Origin: Candidatus Woesearchaeota archaeon
GTDB taxonomy: Archaea; Nanobdellota; Nanobdellia; Pacearchaeales; GW2011-AR1
Direction of reading: 5' to 3'
Assembly (NCBI GenBank): GCA_964612685.1
Contig: CAZTCF010000004.1
Location: 1 to 53,216, forward strand
DNA: 53,216 nucleotides
In this document: one piece after another, positions 38,472 to 46,323 of the stretch
How positions within the stretch are numbered: position 1 is the stretch's first letter
Layout of the letters: every line of letters begins with the position of its first letter
Translations under genes and position numbers: made by a program
Notes under the pieces: generated by a model
What the model was told of the DNA's origin: nothing
Databases searched by the model: none
The model's input: the letters and a program-made list of their open reading frames with translations, nothing else

Positions 38472-38953
38472 GACTTTAAATTTTTAAGATTAATATTAAT
38501 AAATTAATTATTTGCAATTATTTTGTATTCGCTTTTTAGGTTAGTTGTTTTCGGTGTTTTCAGGTATTTCGCGTGCGCGAATTCGCGTGTAAATAGGAGG
38601 TATATTTTGGGGTAGATATTTAGAGTTATTCTAAGGGTGTTTCGGGGTATTTCAGGTGAAATGTCGTATTGATTTCTAGGTAATTTGGTAGATTTATAGA
38701 GGTATTTCTCGTGTTCTTTTGTCTTATGCAATGTCTTGTTCGACAGAGCAATTGTTTCACATTGTTTAAACAACAAAGTGATTTGCACATCAAATTTAAT
38801 TCAAGACAATATATTATTCAGCATTTGTAATCTCAATAAATTGAAATTGTTTTTACTGGTCTTGTATATTATTTTGTATTTTATTTGTAATGGTTTTGTG
38901 CTTTGTGTGTTTGATTTGTTTTATTTGGGGAATATGATTAATAATGAGGTTAT

Positions 38954-41020
38954 TTATTTGTGTATTTTATTTGTATTTAATTTAATTATTTTTTTCCAGC
39001 CTTTATCGCTTCTTTCTTCTTGTACTTTTATTAATCCTTTAGAAAGTAACTTGTTTTTGAGGATATTCCCTTTTCTTGTAGATAATCCAATTTTATTGTA
39101 TAATTCAACTGTGCTATTCTTATGATAAGGGTTCTTTTCTAGAAAATCTATGAATCTTTGTTCTTCTGAGGAGCTTCTGTAAAATGAATCGTCCTCAGAG
39201 CTAACTTCAATAACTTGGTTATGAATTATTTCTTCATTGGTTGTATTATTAGGTTCTTCTCTAAGATGATCTAATTGATTAGTCTTAATTGAGTTAAGAT
39301 AATTGGACTTAGTTAGTATTCTCCCAAGAGCATAATTTCCTGCTAAAAAGACATCTGACTCCTTGTAGAGTTTTTCAGAAAGTCCTTCTGAAAGTATTTT
39401 TTCAGCTTCCTTTATTGTTTTTCCTTTTTCAACTTGTTTTTTTATAAAATCATAAAGAACATCTTGAGTACTAGTTAATCCTGTTATTTCCTTTTCATAC
39501 CCTCTATCTTCTATTCTTTCTATTATTTCGAGATTGCTCTCTTCATTTTCAGTTATTTCGGGTATTTCTAAGCTTATTTCTATTTCATTTTGAGAGGGAA
39601 TTAATGCTTCTCTAAATTCAGGGTCGCTTTTCTCAACTTCTACCCCTTGGATAACACAATCCATTTTACTTGCGATATTCTCATCTGAAATTGTAGAATT
39701 TCTTAAATCAGTATAAGGGACTTTTATTAGGAAAGGAGAGGTGTATCTTTCTGAAAGTTTCACAACTGCGAATCCCACAGGTAATTGAGTAAATATCTCT
39801 CTTTTCTCTGGCAATTGCATTATAGAACTAACATCGTAAACATCCTGTGGTAATTGCTGTTGGAATGCGATATGGCAAGCGCTGTTTCCTTTCACAGTAT
39901 CACTCAGTTTTGAAATATGTTGATCTAAGCAGATTAAACAAGTTCCATATTCCCTCATTTCTCTATAAATCATATCTGTAACAGATTCCGAAACAAAGTA
40001 TGTTTTACTCTTGAGAAAGATATTATGTGCTTCATCAACGAGTATAGCATGATTAAATGTTTCTTGATTCTTCTGAGAATTAGCTTTTTTTAATTTGAAA
40101 ATATAAGTTAAAATATATTCTGCAAAAAATTTCTTTTCTACATTTCCTAGAGAATTTAATTCAAAAATAACCTTTTTATCAAATAACTCATCAACAGATA
40201 AGCTTTTCTTTCCATCATAATTTATTACTTTACCAAAGTCTCCGAATGTAAGGACTGTTGCAATTCTAAGAGCACTTTCATACCAAGTTGCTTCTCTTCC
40301 TCTTGCCTCTCTTGATTTTATCTCAAGCATTTTCTTAATGTGCATCCAGTTTGGATAGTGCTGTGAACCCTTGTAAACTTCCCATCCTTCAAAGACTTCA
40401 TCTAGTGTTTCTAAAAGTATTTTGTGCACTCCAAAAGAAACACAGAAGCTTTCTGTAAGCAAATCACATAAAGTGTTTATCCATTCCTTGGGGGAAACCC
40501 CTTTTGGAGGAATATTTATATTTGTTTTAAAGAGGTTGCTTATAGAATTATTTCCAACTGTAAAACACATTATTGAGGGATCTGTATGGATTAAAGATCT
40601 GAAACTCTTTTTCCAATCGAAAACTAAAAAGGGTTTATCTTTCTCTATAAACTTTTGAAGAATATTTAATGCCAAAGTTGTTTTTCCACTCCCACTCATG
40701 CCGCTTATACAAACGTGCCTTGGCCAGTCTTGTTCCCTTAGTGCAAATGGGAAAAGTTCTTTATTTGCATAGATTACTTTTGAAAGTTCATACTCTCCTG
40801 AAACTGCGCTTTGTTCAGGAGGTTCAAGCAAAACTTTTTTATCTAAGAACTTTCCTAAGTGTTTTTGATATAAAGCACTTAAGATTTGAACTATCTGGCT
40901 TCTCTCTTCAGGAGATTCAGACATTGAATATCTAAAATAAAGTTCATCTATTTTATTTCCAAGTATTGGTTTTAATTTAGTGCTAATTTCTTCTATAGAA
41001 AGAGACCTTTGAAGAGTCAT
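38954..41020 (-). CDS. HerA/FtsK-like (DUF87) P-loop ATPase with C-terminal winged-helix-like domain
   Basis: HVCISGMSGSGKT, VFDWK, ILVDEAH, REMREYG; acidic linker; STVELY..GLS.RKG..K..L..KGLI. Confidence 0.85.
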   Translation of the reverse strand: MTLQRSLSIEEISTKLKPILGNKIDELYFRYSMSESPEERSQIVQILSALYQKHLGKFLDKKVLLEPPEQSAVSGEYELSKVIYANKELFPFALREQDWPRHVCISGMSGSGKTTLALNILQKFIEKDKPFLVFDWKKSFRSLIHTDPSIMCFTVGNNSISNLFKTNINIPPKGVSPKEWINTLCDLLTESFCVSFGVHKILLETLDEVFEGWEVYKGSQHYPNWMHIKKMLEIKSREARGREATWYESALRIATVLTFGDFGKVINYDGKKSLSVDELFDKKVIFELNSLGNVEKKFFAEYILTYIFKLKKANSQKNQETFNHAILVDEAHNIFLKSKTYFVSESVTDMIYREMREYGTCLICLDQHISKLSDTVKGNSACHIAFQQQLPQDVYDVSSIMQLPEKREIFTQLPVGFAVVKLSERYTSPFLIKVPYTDLRNSTISDENIASKMDCVIQGVEVEKSDPEFREALIPSQNEIEISLEIPEITENEESNLEIIERIEDRGYEKEITGLTSTQDVLYDFIKKQVEKGKTIKEAEKILSEGLSEKLYKESDVFLAGNYALGRILTKSNYLNSIKTNQLDHLREEPNNTTNEEIIHNQVIEVSSEDDSFYRSSSEEQRFIDFLEKNPYHKNSTVELYNKIGLSTRKGNILKNKLLSKGLIKVQEERSDKGWKKIIKLNTNKIHK

Positions 41021-41479
41021 TTAATCCTCACTCAAAATATCATTTAGTTCCTTCATCCTTCCTTCTTTCTCGCTAAGTTCCTTTTCATATGCTCTAAGCT
41101 CTTTTTTCAGGAGAGCGATATCTTTCCAGCAGTCAATTTTCTCGTTAAGTTGAAGTTCAGAAATCTCAACTTTCTTGTTTCTAAGAGCATTCTTTTCAAT
41201 CATTGCCTCATTTTGTCCAAGAGCCCTTAGAGTACTTTCATTTCCAATTATAAGATTATTAATTTCTGATTTTATATCTTCACCCTCTTTTATAAATTCT
41301 AAACTAAGTTTCTTTCTTTCTTCAATTAGATATCTTATCTCTTGAATTGCTTTTTTTAAGGAATCTATTCTTTCTTGCCCAACTGTTTCTAGGAAGGTTC
41401 TATCTGAAAAACCTGTTATTTCGGGTTTTTCAAGCCCTATGAAAGGGGTTTTATCTTTAGATAAGCTTCTTAATTCCAT
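41021..41479 (-). CDS. Coiled-coil protein abutting the ATPase gene
   Basis: Heptad-rich K/E sequence with EKIDCWKDIALLKKELR; stop directly adjoins the ATPase ATG; archaeal TATA upstream. Confidence 0.8.
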   Translation of the reverse strand: MELRSLSKDKTPFIGLEKPEITGFSDRTFLETVGQERIDSLKKAIQEIRYLIEERKKLSLEFIKEGEDIKSEINNLIIGNESTLRALGQNEAMIEKNALRNKKVEISELQLNEKIDCWKDIALLKKELRAYEKELSEKEGRMKELNDILSED

Positions 41480-41595
41480 GATTAATTAGTAGTAACATTA
41501 TTTATAAACCTTGCTATTTTATACCTACTATTTAGTTACATCAATTTAAAAATAAAGGTTTTTATATAGCCCTATTTTTGTAACAATATTAGTTT

Positions 41596-41679
41596 GTGGG
41601 TGTGCCGGAGCGGTCAAACGGGACAGACTCAAAATCTGTTAGCTTAGTGCTTACCTAGGTTCGAATCCTAGCACCCACA
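41596..41679 (+). tRNA. tRNA-Leu(CAA)
   Basis: GTGGGTG/CACCCAC acceptor, ACAGA-CTCAAAA-TCTGT arm, long variable arm. Confidence 0.95.
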
Positions 41680-41814
41680 TAGGGCAAGATTTATAAACCG
41701 ATTCTAATTAACAAATTTATCTGTGAGCCAAAAGGAGCTCCCAGGTTCTGCGAGCGCAAGCGAGAGTAGAATTAGTTTAATTCTATATCGTTTAAAGTCT
41801 TGTTTATACGAAAA

Positions 41815-42186
41815 ATGAAGTCAAAAACAAAAATATCCAAACAAATGGAAAGGAAAAGTAATTCCGAACTAATGGAAACAATTATAGCTGGCAAAAAACA
41901 GGAAGCCTGGCTTGGAGTTAGTGGGATTCTTTCAAGTCCAAGGAGAAACAGAATATGTATAAATCTTGAGCAAATAAACAAAGATTCCAAGGCAGGGGAG
42001 ATAATTGTTATCCCTGGCAAAGTACTTTCTCAGGGAGATATTGATAAAAAGATAAAGGTTGTTGCTTTTAACTTTTCAGACAAGGCAAAAGAAAAATTAT
42101 TAAGTGCTAAATGTGAAGTTTCAAGTATATTAGATGAAATTAAATCAAATCCTTCTGGGAAGGGAATGAAAATATTGAAAAAATGA
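41815..42186 (+). CDS. rpl18e: 50S ribosomal protein L18e
   Basis: PRRNR..INL..I, VIPGKVL..G, AFNFS; ATG start at 41815. Confidence 0.93.
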   Translation: MKSKTKISKQMERKSNSELMETIIAGKKQEAWLGVSGILSSPRRNRICINLEQINKDSKAGEIIVIPGKVLSQGDIDKKIKVVAFNFSDKAKEKLLSAKCEVSSILDEIKSNPSGKGMKILKK

Positions 42187-42575
42187 AAATAATTGATGGA
42201 AAAAATGCAATACTTGGAAGATTAGCTACTTATGCTGCTAAGGAAGCCTTAAAAGGAGAAGAGATAAAGATAGTTAATTGTGAGCAGATAATAATAACTG
42301 GGAATAAAGAGTTTATAGAAAAAGATTTTAGGGAAAAAAGAAGTAGGGTGGGTACAAGACAAATTGGTCCAAAGGTTTCAAGAACAAGCGAAAAAATTGT
42401 TAAAAGGGCTATAAGAGGTATGCTTCCAGATCATAGAGTAGGAAGAGGAAGAGAAGCGTTTAAAAGAATAATTTGTTATGTTGGAGTACCTCCAGAGTTT
42501 AAAGATATTAAAAAGATCTCATTTAATGATGAGAACAAATTAAAATACATCCAAGTTAAAGATATTTCAAAATGA
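42183..42575 (+). CDS. rpl13: 50S ribosomal protein L13
   Basis: IDG..ILGRLA, KRAIRGMLP, YVGVP. Confidence 0.95.
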   Translation: MKIIDGKNAILGRLATYAAKEALKGEEIKIVNCEQIIITGNKEFIEKDFREKRSRVGTRQIGPKVSRTSEKIVKRAIRGMLPDHRVGRGREAFKRIICYVGVPPEFKDIKKISFNDENKLKYIQVKDISK

Positions 42576-42973
42576 AAAAAATAATAACCTCCGGTAAAAG
42601 AAAGACTGCAATAGCAAAAGCCGAGATAAAAGAAGGGAATGGAAAGATAACAATAAATAAAGTAGATTATAAATATCTTCATAAATTTGATGTGTTAAGA
42701 ATAAGAGAACCCCTGCTTATTGCTGAAAAAGTTCTAGGAAAGACAAACTTCGATGTGATTATTTCTGTTAAGGGAGGAGGAGAGAAAGGACAGGTGGAAG
42801 CTGCAAGACTTGCACTTGCAAGAGCAATCATAAAATTCTCTGAATCTACGGAACTAGAGAAACAATTCTTGGAATATGATCGTAATCTTTTAGTTGCAGA
42901 CGTAAGAAGGAAGGAAGCTAATAAGCCTGGAGATTCAAAAGCTAGGGCTAAGAGACAAAGTTCTTTCAGATAA
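42572..42973 (+). CDS. rps9: 30S ribosomal protein S9
   Basis: GKRKTAIA, KGGG..GQ..AAR, YDRNLLVAD.RR, RQSSFR. Confidence 0.97.
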   Translation: MKKIITSGKRKTAIAKAEIKEGNGKITINKVDYKYLHKFDVLRIREPLLIAEKVLGKTNFDVIISVKGGGEKGQVEAARLALARAIIKFSESTELEKQFLEYDRNLLVADVRRKEANKPGDSKARAKRQSSFR

Positions 42974-43003
42974 TTTTATAAAAGAATATTTCGTATACTA
43001 CCT

Positions 43004-43255
43004 ATGGTTAAAAGGGGTAAAAAGGTTAAGTCTGATAAGAGAGTTAGCAAGGATAAAAAAGTCAATTGGGTTTTAACACTTATAATGTCTATAGTCTTTG
43101 GATGTTTAGGAGTGGATAGATTCCTTATGGGACATGTTGGGCTTGGAATACTTAAGCTAATAACTCTTGGAGGATGTGGGGTTTGGTGGTTGGTAGATTT
43201 AATATTAATCGCAACAAAACACAAATTTAATGGAATTGAATGGGTTCAAGATTAA
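43004..43255 (+). CDS. TM2 domain protein
   Basis: FGCLGVDRFLMG..GLGILKLITLGGCGVWWLVD. Confidence 0.9.
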   Translation: MVKRGKKVKSDKRVSKDKKVNWVLTLIMSIVFGCLGVDRFLMGHVGLGILKLITLGGCGVWWLVDLILIATKHKFNGIEWVQD

Positions 43256-43569
43256 ATGAATTTTTAAGCAAATTAATTACTTTAAGCTATTCTAGATATA
43301 GATTTTTTACTTTTTTAGGAGTATTAATTTTATTAAGAATACTTCCCTTTTCTCTTATTGAAAAAACCCATAGCTTTTCAATTTGTTCGATACTACTTGG
43401 AAAATATTGCTATTCTGTTGGTATAACTCGAGGGGTGGCAAGTTTGTTAAGAGGAGAATTTCAAAGAGCAATAGAATTTAATCCATTGTCTTTTTTAGTA
43501 ACCCTCGTATTGGTTTTATTTATATCCCATGACTTCTTCAAAGGATTTATAAAATATAAAAAACAATAA
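43240..43569 (+). CDS. DUF2752-like membrane protein
   Basis: C..GKYCYSVGITR...G.F..A..FNPL (degenerate CPGCGxTR). Confidence 0.7.
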   Translation: MGSRLNEFLSKLITLSYSRYRFFTFLGVLILLRILPFSLIEKTHSFSICSILLGKYCYSVGITRGVASLLRGEFQRAIEFNPLSFLVTLVLVLFISHDFFKGFIKYKKQ

Positions 43570-43574
43570 ATAAT

Positions 43575-43865
43575 ATGAAAAAAGAAGAAGAAAAACTAAG
43601 AAAAGAAAGAGGAGAAGCACTGATGAGGATTCCTGTAGGAATAATATCTGGGATAATAATTTATGTCTGGGCTTATCTCATAGGAGTTTTCTTTATTATA
43701 AATTTAATATACAAAATATTTTCGGGTAAAAGAATAGATGAACTTGCAGCAATGTCTGAAACATGGAACACTCAAAATTATTATTTTATGAGGTATATGA
43801 CTTTCTGTTCTAATGAAAGACCTTTTCCTTTTGAAGAATTGAAAAAGGATATGAATAAAATTTAG
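43575..43865 (+). CDS. DUF4389-like membrane protein
   Basis: LMRIP...YMTF.SNERPFPF. Confidence 0.75.
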   Translation: MKKEEEKLRKERGEALMRIPVGIISGIIIYVWAYLIGVFFIINLIYKIFSGKRIDELAAMSETWNTQNYYFMRYMTFCSNERPFPFEELKKDMNKI

Positions 43866-43867
43866 AA

Positions 43868-44287
43868 TTAATTTTTCTTTATACTTAATTTTTCCAGTTT
43901 GTCTTGAACATGATTAAATAAAGTAGTTGAAACCAGAGGTTTGTGTTTTCCCTCGTGAATTTGTCCCCCAAATCTGACTTTTCCCACATATGCGAAGTTC
44001 CTCAATACCTTTTTTAATCCGTTAACTGAAAGTCTATGTTTTGAGGCAAGTATGGATAGATTAATATCTGGCTGAAGAAACTCTTCAAAAATCTCTTCTA
44101 CTTCCCTTGAATTTTGTGCAGGGATTAATATTTTGTCGCGTAAATCCCATTCGTACCCAAAGGGGGCTCTCGACATATGCTTCCCTTCTGAAAACTTTTT
44201 TATCATACCTTTTTTCTGGGATTCTCCTCTATTTTCTTTGGAATCATGTTCTATTTCAAACTCATGTCCGCATTTTGGGCATTTCAT
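43868..44287 (-). CDS. Zn-ribbon plus serine-recombinase DNA-binding ('Recombinase') domain, no catalytic domain
   Basis: CPKC; APFGY; LRNFAYVG; GKHKPLVS..LF..VQ. Confidence 0.8.
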   Translation of the reverse strand: MKCPKCGHEFEIEHDSKENRGESQKKGMIKKFSEGKHMSRAPFGYEWDLRDKILIPAQNSREVEEIFEEFLQPDINLSILASKHRLSVNGLKKVLRNFAYVGKVRFGGQIHEGKHKPLVSTTLFNHVQDKLEKLSIKKN

Positions 44288-45117
44288 TTCATAACCTCAT
44301 CTATAGGTGATTTAATTTTTTTAAGTTCTTCTCTTGAAATATGGGTATATATCTGGGTTGTCGAAAGATCACTATGTCCCAACAACTCTTGTATTTTTCT
44401 TATATCTGTTCCATTCTCTAAAAGATGAGTTGCAAAACTATGCCTTAATGTGTGACAATGAACATCTTTATTTATCCCTGCCCTTTTCCCTGCTTTAGAA
44501 ATAATCTTTTGAAGATTTCTTTCAGATAATCTTCCTTTTGGTCCCGTAAACAAATATTCTTTTTTTTCTTCTTTTTGTTTTTCAACTTGAGTCTTTAAAT
44601 CTTCTAAAAGAAATTCTGGAAGGTTAAACACCCTATCCTTTTTACCTTTTCCCTGACGAACACTTCCAATTTTCTCCTCGAAATTTAAATCTTTAACTTT
44701 TAAATTAACTAACTCTGAAACTCTAAAACCACAAGCATACATAAAAGATACCATGGTCTTAGATTTTTTTGTATCTATGGAATTGATAAGTGTCTTAACT
44801 TCTTCTTTTGTTAGAACAGAAGGTATCCTTTTTTCTTTTTTGGGACGTTTTATACTAAGGGTTATATCTTTATGAAGAATATTTGTGAAAGAGTACCTTA
44901 TTGCAGAAAGAAAAACTATGATTGAAGAAGAGGAAGCTTCTCCAAGCTTCTCAACAAGATAGGACTTTAAGTCGTCTTCATTTATTTCTTGAGGTTCTTT
45001 TTTGATATAATCAAGAAATTTTCTGTTACAATCAAGATAATTTCTAAGAGTATATTCAGAGTTCTTAGATATCTTTAATTCTATTTCAAGTTTCTTTAAA
45101 AAATCTTCTGAATTCAT
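44284..45117 (-). CDS. xerA: Tyrosine recombinase XerA
   Basis: N-terminal SAM-like domain; GFRVSE, GKGKKDR, HTLRHSFATH, LGH, TQIYTH; the whole catalytic set is intact. Confidence 0.93.
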   Translation of the reverse strand: MNSEDFLKKLEIELKISKNSEYTLRNYLDCNRKFLDYIKKEPQEINEDDLKSYLVEKLGEASSSSIIVFLSAIRYSFTNILHKDITLSIKRPKKEKRIPSVLTKEEVKTLINSIDTKKSKTMVSFMYACGFRVSELVNLKVKDLNFEEKIGSVRQGKGKKDRVFNLPEFLLEDLKTQVEKQKEEKKEYLFTGPKGRLSERNLQKIISKAGKRAGINKDVHCHTLRHSFATHLLENGTDIRKIQELLGHSDLSTTQIYTHISREELKKIKSPIDEVMK

Positions 45118-45186
45118 TTGCCTTCCTCTTTTAAGTTAGATTATAAATAAAATTATACGAACTCGTTTAAATATCTTTAGATAAAC

Positions 45187-45348
45187 CTATTTGGGTTTAT
45201 TGTTTTTTGAAGAATGTTTCATCAACTCTTTTTGATTTATCAACATAATTGCTACTGCACCCGCTATAAACCAGGGGTTCCAGACAAATGCTAAAATCAA
45301 GAATAAAAGTGCTAAAATGGAAAGTGAAAATAATCTTAAGTTAAACAT
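45187..45348 (-). CDS. 53-aa membrane protein (not in ORF track)
   Basis: MFNLRLFSLSILALLFLILAFVWNPWFIAGAVAIMLINQKELMKHSSKNNKPK; 11 nt downstream of the 320-aa gene. Confidence 0.65.
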   Translation of the reverse strand: MFNLRLFSLSILALLFLILAFVWNPWFIAGAVAIMLINQKELMKHSSKNNKPK

Positions 45349-45359
45349 TTTAGAAAGAA

Positions 45360-46322
45360 TTAACTTCCTGGAGCAACCGTTGCCCCAAAGATTATATTAC
45401 CTTGACAGGTTCCAGCAACCCCTAAAGGAACGTAAATTCTCCAGTAAGAAGCGTTAATTGCTTCATTAAATGTATCATTCTGTCTATAATTCAAATCATA
45501 TTTTTTAACCACGGGGTAAGAAGTTAAATTGGTATAGTTTGCAACAAATTGGGCAAGATCTAAAACTCCGGGATTACTATTGGTTAAATTGTATTTCTCA
45601 TTCTCTATACTGATATTTTTTATAAAACCAAGCGTACAATTCATTGCATTACCATCTTCCAATGCAAACCCGTAACCGCTCAAAGAAAGATTAATTTTAA
45701 CATTTCCATAATTGGTTACATTTGAAACGTTCTCTAGAGAAACTTCTGTTGCATTTACTTCTCCATAATAAATAAAATCGGGTAATCCTAAAGCCAACAA
45801 ACTGGAGATGTTAATAATATCACTTCCATATCCCACCTTATTTTTTGAATCTGATACTTTAAGAGTACAATTCCAATCTCCTGCATTTGTATAATACCAG
45901 ATATCCATGCTGCAGTTAATCCATGCTGTATATGTATCGTCTTCAATTATATCACAGGAATAGTTTGTATAATGATAGTTGTTATCATTTCCATCAATAT
46001 AAGAAGATGAGACAGAGTCAAAAAATGTAGCAGTTGCATTGTCTATATCTTGCCACCCGTTGAAGTCCGTAGCTAATCCTGAGCAGTAGATTGTTTTTGT
46101 GGAGTTTGGGATAAGTGAAAGAGTGGAATCATTGTTTTGAATCGTAACATTCGTTAGCTCTGGGAAAACATTCCCCACGGTTAAATTTGTAATTACAGTA
46201 ACATTGTGTTCTCCCACCCCTGCAAAAACCTCTCCAGGGAGAAAAGAGAATAATATGATGAGTAGAGCTATCTCTAATAAAATCAAAGATACTACTGTTT
46301 TTGTTTTATTTTTTAATATCAT
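45360..46322 (-). CDS. Secreted two-domain beta-sandwich glycoprotein
   Basis: Signal peptide; Ig-like domain (CS.ATD.NG.DI, W.CTL.V.D); second domain YG...NVTNYGNV.I.L.L.G...YW..VP.G...G.I.F; about 20 NxS/T sequons. Confidence 0.8.
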   Translation of the reverse strand: MILKNKTKTVVSLILLEIALLIILFSFLPGEVFAGVGEHNVTVITNLTVGNVFPELTNVTIQNNDSTLSLIPNSTKTIYCSGLATDFNGWQDIDNATATFFDSVSSSYIDGNDNNYHYTNYSCDIIEDDTYTAWINCSMDIWYYTNAGDWNCTLKVSDSKNKVGYGSDIINISSLLALGLPDFIYYGEVNATEVSLENVSNVTNYGNVKINLSLSGYGFALEDGNAMNCTLGFIKNISIENEKYNLTNSNPGVLDLAQFVANYTNLTSYPVVKKYDLNYRQNDTFNEAINASYWRIYVPLGVAGTCQGNIIFGATVAPGS

Positions 46323-46323
46323 T

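Noticed and set aside
38504-39125. ORFs 38504..38788 (-) and 38736..39125 (+)
   Set aside because: They arise from low-complexity skewed DNA or overlap the ATPase gene antisense; no recognisable features.
41700-41780. SRP RNA or RNase P RNA
   Set aside because: Too short; lacks the SRP helix-8 and RNase P P4 signatures.
44284-45117. xerA as the integrase of a provirus or of the island
   Set aside because: It has typical chromosomal XerA architecture, lies beyond core r-protein genes, and no att duplication of tRNA-Leu was found.
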